Position numbers and translations under genes: made by a program. A model generated the notes under the pieces. It searched no databases. It was given only the letters and a program-made list of their open reading frames with translations, and was not told where the DNA came from. This document shows positions 58,220-64,000 of a stretch of 64,000 nucleotides of DNA, piece after piece. Source of the DNA: a virus; IMG/VR virus record IMGVR_UViG_3300042307_001176, positions 32,001 to 96,000 of that record; one strand, written 5' to 3'. Each line of letters opens with the position of its first letter. The first letter of the stretch is position 1.

Positions 58220-58468
58220 ATGAAAAATATAAGAACTTTTGAAAATTATGATGTACAGGAAATTCATGATAACTCACCAATTAAACCATATGGTGTTCCT
58301 TATTCTTTAACTAATCTTAATATTGGGGATAAAGTGACTTATTTAGGAATGCCTGGTGAAGTTAAAAGTGTTGATGAATATTTATTAATTCTTACCTTAT
58401 TAAAAACAGGAAAACAGATAAGGATTAATCAATCTATGTTTAATCAAAGGGGATTTATTGGTAAATAA
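58220..58468 (+). CDS. Small SH3/KOW-like protein (MKNIRTFENY tag)
   Basis: IGDKVTY...GEVKSV. Confidence 0.6.
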   Translation: MKNIRTFENYDVQEIHDNSPIKPYGVPYSLTNLNIGDKVTYLGMPGEVKSVDEYLLILTLLKTGKQIRINQSMFNQRGFIGK

Positions 58469-58490
58469 ATCATAAAATAATAATAATAAA

Positions 58491-58637
58491 ATGGCTAAAG
58501 CTAAATCAATAGACTCTTCAAAGAATCATATGCGTAAAGCTAAGACAAAAAGACCTGGCGTGCATTCTAAATGTAAGAATAGCATCAGCAAAAAAGCCAA
58601 GCATTATAATAAGCCTTATAAATCTCAAGGAAGATAA
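58491..58637 (+). CDS. Small very basic protein (48 aa, not in ORF track)
   Basis: MAKAKS...KRPGVHSK...KPYKSQGR. Confidence 0.65.
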   Translation: MAKAKSIDSSKNHMRKAKTKRPGVHSKCKNSISKKAKHYNKPYKSQGR

Positions 58638-58660
58638 TAAAGATATATAAAATAAAACAA

Positions 58661-59023
58661 ATGAGACACATCAGAATATACGAACAATTCGACATGGCAG
58701 CAGCTCCTGAAATGATAGAATCTCCAGAATTAGTAAAAGATGCTCATTTTGAAGCAGAAACTACAGAGTTCAGACCAACTGAAGACAATGAAGAAGGAGA
58801 ATATGTAGTTAATTTTACAAATCCAGAGGGCGAAGAAACAACAATTAATATTGGGTTTGCTAATGAACCGGAATACGTAGGTAATTCTATGATCAGTTCA
58901 ATTGATATGGTAGCAGATTCAAGTTCGGATGGTAAACAATATTCAATAATAGGATACTATGACGAACTTACAGGTACTGGAGGAGCTTATGAACTTAAAA
59001 AGGTACTAATAGAAGAGATATAA
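58661..59023 (+). CDS. Acidic hypothetical protein (MRHIRIYEQF tag)
   Basis: 120 aa, GATATATA at 58642. Confidence 0.7.
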   Translation: MRHIRIYEQFDMAAAPEMIESPELVKDAHFEAETTEFRPTEDNEEGEYVVNFTNPEGEETTINIGFANEPEYVGNSMISSIDMVADSSSDGKQYSIIGYYDELTGTGGAYELKKVLIEEI

Positions 59024-59027
59024 TATT

Positions 59028-59306
59028 ATGTCGGTTTCGATCTATTCCACTTATAATGAATTTAAATTTGCAGATACAGAATCATGTGAATACTTAGAAT
59101 CTGTTGAATCAGACTATGAAGACGATTCAGATAAGGATGTGTTCTTTTATACAGAAAGCAAACTAGATCCTATAGATGACGCATCTTTTTATGTTGTAGC
59201 TGATACAGAGGACGAGGATATTGCCGAAGATATTTCTAATTACCTAGGAAAGTTTAGTAAGTTTTTTCTTATTGATCTACACAAGACTATTTTCGTTATA
59301 AAATAA
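59028..59306 (+). CDS. Acidic hypothetical protein
   Basis: 92 aa ORF. Confidence 0.6.
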   Translation: MSVSIYSTYNEFKFADTESCEYLESVESDYEDDSDKDVFFYTESKLDPIDDASFYVVADTEDEDIAEDISNYLGKFSKFFLIDLHKTIFVIK

Positions 59307-59339
59307 TCTAAAAACATTTTTTTTATAATAGAAAAGTTC

Positions 59340-59347
59340 TATATTTG
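59340..59347 (+). promoter_or_regulatory. Bacteroidota -7 promoter element for tRNA operon 1
   Basis: TATATTTG matches TAnnTTTG. Confidence 0.6.
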
Positions 59348-59383
59348 TGAAACAAAATAACAAAGAGAACATATAATACTCAA

Positions 59384-59443
59384 ATGAACAAAACAATTAA
59401 CATATTACCTATATCATTAAGACCGTCGTCAAGACGATCCTAA
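59384..59443 (+). CDS. Putative attenuator leader peptide MNKTINILPISLRPSSRRS
   Basis: 19 codons enriched in ATA/TCA/TCG/AGA/CCG; stop overlaps the antiterminator arm. Confidence 0.7.
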   Translation: MNKTINILPISLRPSSRRS

Positions 59444-59510
59444 AGGTCCTATGTTAATAAAAAATAATCATTAACTAAACCGGGACCTTTAAAAGTCTCG
59501 GTTTTTTTTT
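59421..59510 (+). terminator. Attenuator: alternative 1:2, 2:3 (antiterminator) and 3:4 (terminator) stems
   Basis: taaaggtcct/gggaccttta versus aaaccgggac/gtctcggttt plus T9. Confidence 0.75.
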
Positions 59511-59512
59511 GT

Positions 59513-59524
59513 GTTCTTTGACAT
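59513..59524 (+). promoter_or_regulatory. boxA-like antitermination site
   Basis: GTTCTTTGACAT immediately before the first tRNA. Confidence 0.65.
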
Positions 59525-59540
59525 GTTGGATTATAAAATT

Positions 59541-59630
59541 GGAGAGTTGCCAGAGCCAGGCTTAATGGATCAGTCTTGAAAACTGACGTAGCGAAAGTTA
59601 CCGGGGGTTCGAATCCCTCACTCTCCGCCA
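59541..59630 (+). tRNA. tRNA-Ser(TGA)
   Basis: Cloverleaf, long variable arm, loop cttgaaa, encoded CCA. Confidence 0.95.
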
Positions 59631-59633
59631 ATT

Positions 59634-59707
<74 letters not shown>

Positions 59708-59874
59708 CACAAAGCCCTCTGCCTAGCGCTGGGTATGGATCGAAGATAGAATATGCCTCTACAACGTAGACAGTTAGAATATTTCGGTATTCTTTAATGA
59801 TATGCACACTTATTCTCTAAATCGTGGGTTAGCACAGTTTGTATGTTCTGGGGATATTTAAAGACATACAATTT

Positions 59875-59947
59875 CGGGATGTAGATCAGTTGGTAGATCG
59901 CCTGGTTTGGGACCAGGAGGCCGTCAGTTCGAGTCTGGCCATCCCGA
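59875..59947 (+). tRNA. tRNA-Pro(TGG)
   Basis: cctgg-tttggga-ccagg. Confidence 0.95.
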
Positions 59948-59954
59948 CATCAAT

Positions 59955-60028
59955 AGAGGCGTAGCTCAATTGGTTAGAGCACATGCCTTATACGCATGCG
60001 GTCACGAGTTCGACTCTCGTCGTCTCTA
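59955..60028 (+). tRNA. tRNA-Ile(TAT)
   Basis: catgc-cttatac-gcatg, full cloverleaf. Confidence 0.9.
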
Positions 60029-60032
60029 CTTA

Positions 60033-60106
60033 GGTCCCTTAGCTCAGTAGGTTAGAGCAACTGACTCATAATCAGTAGGTCCACGGTTCGAGCCCGTGAG
60101 GGACCA
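60033..60106 (+). tRNA. tRNA with CAT anticodon, probably Ile2 (lysidine) rather than Met
   Basis: actga-ctcataa-tcagt; 5' GGTCCCTTAGCTCAG resembles ileX-type tRNAs. Confidence 0.85.
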
Positions 60107-60189
60107 CTAAATTTTAAAGTCTTTAGGAGAACAAAAGTTCATGCTGGTTCAGATCCAACCTCTTGTATTTTTTGGATATATAATAAATC

Positions 60190-60561
60190 ATGAATGATCA
60201 TATTAGAATATCCGGACTCGGTATAGAAATATACAAAAATGATATACCAGGAGTGAGATGGAATAAAGCTCAGACTTTTGCAGAATTTCTTAAAGATGGG
60301 TGGAGGTTGCCTACATTAAAAGAACTTGCTTTAATAAAAACACTAAGGGATGTTGGAGGCATAGGAAGATTTCCTGCGGAATATTCGGATTTTTCTGATT
60401 CATATTATTGGAGCGGAAAAGAAGGAGAAGCTGCCACTCTAAGAACTCAATTAAAAGACGGAAGTAGTAGTTATGCTTATTACTTTGATGTGGCTAAAGG
60501 AATTTCTTCACATAGTAAAAAAGCATACGATCTTAGGGTTAGGTTTGTCAGAGATATATAA
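60190..60561 (+). CDS. DUF1566/Lcl C-terminal domain protein
   Basis: GWRLPTLKEL, YYWS, AYYF, RVRFVR. Confidence 0.8.
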   Translation: MNDHIRISGLGIEIYKNDIPGVRWNKAQTFAEFLKDGWRLPTLKELALIKTLRDVGGIGRFPAEYSDFSDSYYWSGKEGEAATLRTQLKDGSSSYAYYFDVAKGISSHSKKAYDLRVRFVRDI

Positions 60562-60564
60562 TGT

Positions 60565-61416
60565 ATGGCAACAACAAGACCTTTTTCGTATAATCCAACG
60601 CAATCAACAATTGCTGGAACTACTAATTTAGGTACCATATGTATAGGAGTATCTGATTTAGACTATGCTGCTAGCCCTGGAGGATTAACGTGGTGGATGG
60701 GACCGGATGAAGATAATTCTTATGTAGTATGCAAGGATGTACCAGCTCAAAATTTCCCTACTCCGTTAGGAAATATAGGCAATGTACAATTTTGGAGATG
60801 CACTAATACAGATTTAGCATTTAGAGATATGGTATCTACAATAAGTGGTACTACACAAGCATCGGCTTCAGCAGCTAGTGATTGGTTAGCATCTAATAAC
60901 TATTGGACTAACAGAAATCCATATCTTGCAGGTCTATATAAAACAACTTACTCTGGATATTTCGCAGATTCAGTTAGTTTCTTTGCAACTGCAACTCCTC
61001 AAGCATTTGGAACAAACCCAGCTACTTCTGTACAAACTACTGCAATATCAGAAGCAGCTAGTGGTGATGGTGATTATTTTAGTTGTCAATGGTTGGGTTA
61101 TTTCAGTCCGACTACTACTCAAACTTATACATTTTACACCAACTCGGATGATGCATCTTATGTGTGGGTTGGAGCAAATGCGATATCTGGATTTACTACA
61201 GCAAACGCAACAGTCAATAATGGAGGTGCTCATGGTCCTATAGAGGCATCAGGTTCTATAGATCTAACTGCAGGAGTTTATTATCCTATAAGAATTCAAT
61301 TCGGTGAAGCCGGCGGAGGTGATGTACTTACTTTCAATTATTCAACACCAACGATAGCAAAAACAACTAATGTAACAGGATTAGTTTTCTATAATACATC
61401 AACTAACGGATTCTAA
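60565..61416 (+). CDS. Shared N-terminal module + PA14/GLEYA domain protein
   Basis: WLGYF, YTF...SDDAS, NNGGAHG, YYPIRIQFGE.GG. Confidence 0.8.
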   Translation: MATTRPFSYNPTQSTIAGTTNLGTICIGVSDLDYAASPGGLTWWMGPDEDNSYVVCKDVPAQNFPTPLGNIGNVQFWRCTNTDLAFRDMVSTISGTTQASASAASDWLASNNYWTNRNPYLAGLYKTTYSGYFADSVSFFATATPQAFGTNPATSVQTTAISEAASGDGDYFSCQWLGYFSPTTTQTYTFYTNSDDASYVWVGANAISGFTTANATVNNGGAHGPIEASGSIDLTAGVYYPIRIQFGEAGGGDVLTFNYSTPTIAKTTNVTGLVFYNTSTNGF

Positions 61417-61421
61417 AACAT

Positions 61422-62198
61422 ATGGCAACAACAAGAGCATTTTCATATAATCCAACACAATCAACAATTGCGGGAACTACGAATGTGGGTACTCTATGTA
61501 TAGGTGTATCTCCTTTAGCATATAGTACTAACCCTGGTGGATTAACCTGGTGGATGGGACCAGACGAAGATAATTCTTACGTGATAGCTAAGGATGTATC
61601 AGCTGGAAATTTTCCCACTCCTGTAGGGAACGTAGGTAATGTACAATTTTGGAGATGCACTAATACGGATTTAGCATTTAAAGATTTAGTATCTATAATA
61701 AGTGGTACTGCACAAGCATCGGCTTCAGCAGCTAAATCATGGCTAACAACAAATAATTATTGGACTAATTATACCAGTGGTGTAACTTTCTCTCGCCCTT
61801 TCGTTAATGGTATTGCACCAGGAGCTACCACAGAAACTGCTTGGAATACATTCAGAGCAGCATTAACGGGATCTTATACACAATTTGTTATATCAAATTC
61901 ATTAGGATTTAGTCTAACCGTAAGCCATGCTACTTCGGTCCAAACTTTGGCAGATGCTTTAAAAAATGCAACAAGCAATACCTCAGTAACTATAAACAGC
62001 GTAGTTTGGAGAGTGGGAACAGCTTGTGGAACTCCTTCTATTGGTGGAGTTGCTGTTGAATTTTCTAATGTAGGAAGCTGTACTGGATCAAGTACTATAG
62101 CATTTAGACCTATGATTAATAACTTAAACTGGGGAGGTATGGGTACAGGGTCTACTGTAAGCCAGGCTTCTCAAACAATGACACTAACATTTAGCTAA
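61422..62198 (+). CDS. Shared N-terminal module + different C-terminal domain
   Basis: First ~117 aa nearly identical to the 60565 protein. Confidence 0.8.
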   Translation: MATTRAFSYNPTQSTIAGTTNVGTLCIGVSPLAYSTNPGGLTWWMGPDEDNSYVIAKDVSAGNFPTPVGNVGNVQFWRCTNTDLAFKDLVSIISGTAQASASAAKSWLTTNNYWTNYTSGVTFSRPFVNGIAPGATTETAWNTFRAALTGSYTQFVISNSLGFSLTVSHATSVQTLADALKNATSNTSVTINSVVWRVGTACGTPSIGGVAVEFSNVGSCTGSSTIAFRPMINNLNWGGMGTGSTVSQASQTMTLTFS

Positions 62199-62359
62199 TG
62201 GAAAATTATAGAATAATGAATATAACAGTAACACCATATATTGTTGTTCCTGGTAAAGAATCGCTAACTCTAGAAGAATGCATATTGTGGATAAATGAAA
62301 ACGGAGGAGATTGTCCTTTATGTAATTACACCATACAGCCATCGGAACATAATATATAG
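62198..62359 (+). CDS. Small protein with CPLC (53 aa, not in ORF track)
   Basis: TAATG coupling to upstream stop; MENYRIMN...GDCPLCNY. Confidence 0.55.
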   Translation: MENYRIMNITVTPYIVVPGKESLTLEECILWINENGGDCPLCNYTIQPSEHNI

Positions 62360-62361
62360 TC

Positions 62362-62517
62362 AGATATATAAGTAATGAAAACATTTAAAGATTTTATTTA
62401 CGAAAAAATTAATGAAGACACATTATCGTATAGGGGATTAGTTTTCTATAATACATCAACTAACGGATTTTAAAACATATGGCAACAACAAGAGAATTTG
62501 CATATAATTTACAATAA
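62362..62517 (+). pseudogene. Chimeric duplication scar (mini-ORFs 62375-62473 and 62479-62517)
   Basis: 62362-62440 equals 62630-62708; 62435-62508 nearly equals 61378-61451. Confidence 0.85.
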
Positions 62518-62642
62518 ATTAAATAAATAGAGAATATTAAAAATTAGGCAAAGTAACCACAAACCCACTGGTAATAGGCAGTTCTTGAGATGGAATGCAA
62601 TATAAAACGTAAGTCCTGCTTTGCCTTTTAGATATATAAGTA

Positions 62643-63227
62643 ATGAAAACATTTAAAGATTTTATTTACGAAAAAATTAATGAAGACACATTATCGTATA
62701 GGGGATTAAAATTTAATTTTAATTCAACTATCGATGGGTATGTTAAAGTAAAAGAAGATGATCCAACTATATCATTTGATAGTGAAACCTCGTTTGATAA
62801 ACTTATAATAACCGATCCTCGTGAATTCTTTAACTTTAGATATGATAATGAAAAGGATAATAAGAACTTATCTTCTATTGATTCAGAAAATGTTCTTAGA
62901 ATTAGAATTGGATCTAAAGATTTTAAGGGAAGATCCGGCGGGGTTACTCATGTATCTGTAAGAGTCCCTGAAAATTTTGACTATAATAAATTTCAATTAG
63001 AGTTACCTAATATAAAGATAGCGCTTACAGATAGAACTGAAGTAGACAGAGTTATTAAAGAAGTTGAGGCTCTTGTAACTAAATGTGCAGGGGAAGAACC
63101 TAATGCGTATTCAGATAATAAACCAGATTACAGACAGGACATCGTAAATTTTATTAAATCTATAGAAGAAAAGCTAGGTAAAGAAGATACCAAAAGAATA
63201 TTTATTGATATTATTAATAAATTGTAA
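62643..63227 (+). CDS. Hypothetical protein with T4 capsid-targeting-like start MKTFKDFIYE
   Basis: 194 aa ORF after GATATATA. Confidence 0.75.
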   Translation: MKTFKDFIYEKINEDTLSYRGLKFNFNSTIDGYVKVKEDDPTISFDSETSFDKLIITDPREFFNFRYDNEKDNKNLSSIDSENVLRIRIGSKDFKGRSGGVTHVSVRVPENFDYNKFQLELPNIKIALTDRTEVDRVIKEVEALVTKCAGEEPNAYSDNKPDYRQDIVNFIKSIEEKLGKEDTKRIFIDIINKL

Positions 63228-63265
63228 AATTTAATTTACATAGATAAGAATATATAAAATAAAAA

Positions 63266-63544
63266 ATGAAACATCTTAAAAAATATCAATCTAATAATTC
63301 AGAAATTAACGAAGGATTTTGGGATTCTCTTTTTGGCAAACCCACTGTTGATGATGCTGCTCATGACCAAATGAGAGGTCAAGGATGGAGCCACAGAGGT
63401 AAAGACGAAGAAAATTATATCATGTTTCAAGGACAAAAGTTCTATCCAGAACAGATCCAATATGATGATGCTTATTCAACTAAACAAATACCAAGAGTTG
63501 AAGGTGGTATGCTAATCGTAGCTAACCCAGCTTGGAATTTATAA
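63266..63544 (+). CDS. Hypothetical protein (MKHLKKY...INE tag)
   Basis: 92 aa ORF. Confidence 0.7.
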   Translation: MKHLKKYQSNNSEINEGFWDSLFGKPTVDDAAHDQMRGQGWSHRGKDEENYIMFQGQKFYPEQIQYDDAYSTKQIPRVEGGMLIVANPAWNL

Positions 63545-63593
63545 TAAAAATAAAAAAATATCAGAAATCGTTTTTTAATGAGAAACTTTTCTG

Positions 63594-63601
63594 TACATTT
63601 G
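63594..63601 (+). promoter_or_regulatory. Bacteroidota -7 promoter element for tRNA operon 2
   Basis: TACATTTG. Confidence 0.6.
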
Positions 63602-63633
63602 GAGTATATAATAAAAAAGGAACAAAACTTTCA

Positions 63634-63723
63634 ATGAAACACTTTTTAAATATCGCAACAGATTTTCAACTTCGTAAAGAGGATGACCTTCTAGAGGATA
63701 GATTTAAGTGTCAGAGGAAATAA
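63634..63723 (+). CDS. Putative attenuator leader peptide MKHFLNIATDFQLRKEDDLLEDRFKCQRK
   Basis: GAG GAT GAC..GAG GAT cluster; 3' end carries the antiterminator arm. Confidence 0.65.
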   Translation: MKHFLNIATDFQLRKEDDLLEDRFKCQRK

Positions 63724-63773
63724 ATTTATATAATGATATAATTTAAACCTCTGATAACCTCAGAGGTTTTTTT
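63684..63773 (+). terminator. Attenuator: antiterminator versus terminator
   Basis: tgtcagagg/cctctgata versus aaacctctga/tcagaggttt plus T7. Confidence 0.75.
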
Positions 63774-63781
63774 GTTTTATA

Positions 63782-63794
63782 CGCTCTTTGAAAT
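63782..63794 (+). promoter_or_regulatory. boxA-like antitermination site
   Basis: CGCTCTTTGAAAT just before the tRNA. Confidence 0.65.
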
Positions 63795-63797
63795 TAC

Positions 63798-63869
63798 GCT
63801 GCCATCGTCTAACGGTTAGGACCTATGGTTTTCATCCATAAAATCGGAGTTCGATTCTCCGTGGCAGTA
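63798..63869 (+). tRNA. tRNA-Glu(TTC)
   Basis: tatgg-ttttcat-ccata, full cloverleaf. Confidence 0.92.
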
Positions 63870-63880
63870 CAAAAAATTAA

Positions 63881-63955
63881 GGTCCCGTAGTTAAACGGCT
63901 ATAATGCTGCCCTGTCACGGCAGAGTTCGGAGTTCGATTCTCCGCGGGACCGCCA
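63881..63955 (+). tRNA. tRNA-Asp(GTC)
   Basis: ctgcc-ctgtcac-ggcag, encoded CCA. Confidence 0.95.
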
Positions 63956-63963
63956 AATTATAT

Positions 63964-64000
63964 CGCAGAGTAGAGCAGTTGGTAGCTCGTTGGGCTCATA
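63964..64000 (+). tRNA. Initiator tRNA-fMet(CAT), truncated by window end
   Basis: C1 start, tagagcagttggtagctcg, GGG before ctcata. Confidence 0.8.

Noticed and set aside
59384-59524. T-box riboswitch as the tRNA-sensing mechanism
   Set aside because: No T-box consensus (GGTGGNACCGCG) or stem I; the leader ORF geometry fits ribosome-mediated attenuation instead.
59541-59630. Suppressor tRNA or stop-codon reassignment
   Set aside because: Anticodon TGA reads TCA (Ser); long genes are intact in code 11 and end in TAA, TAG or TGA.
60111-60165. Additional tRNA after the CAT tRNA (gctggttcagatccaac T-arm-like)
   Set aside because: No acceptor, D or anticodon stems could be built; at most a remnant.
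63532-63723. 63 aa ORF as listed
   Set aside because: It spans the promoter element; the ATG at 63634 downstream of the promoter is the more plausible start.

Overview
AT-rich, gene-dense 64 kb segment that is most consistent with a large T4-like (jumbo) tailed phage infecting Bacteroidota. Evidence: a gp23-like capsid paralogue, Dda-like helicase, ThyA, tail-collar domains, a GH19 endolysin, TAnnTTTG host-type promoters and a T9SS C-terminal sorting domain. It carries many small hypothetical genes, polyamine enzymes, glycosyltransferases, a sigma factor, a secreted cohesin/dockerin/CsgG-like operon, an RNA-repair toolkit (RNA ligase, phosphoesterases, cyclic-phosphate receiver domain, TROVE/Ro60) and two tRNA clusters. 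Main observations: (1) Both tRNA clusters have the same leader architecture: promoter, short leader ORF, mutually exclusive antiterminator/terminator, boxA, then tRNAs. The leader codons match the downstream tRNAs (Ser/Arg/Pro/Ile-AUA in one, Glu/Asp in the other), which suggests ribosome-stalling attenuation of tRNA genes. (2) Three tandem structured RNAs with covarying stems (candidate Y RNAs) lie directly upstream of the TROVE gene. (3) About 14 unrelated proteins share an N-terminal tag resembling the T4 capsid-targeting sequence. All product calls come from motif recognition by eye; no database searches or folding programs were run.
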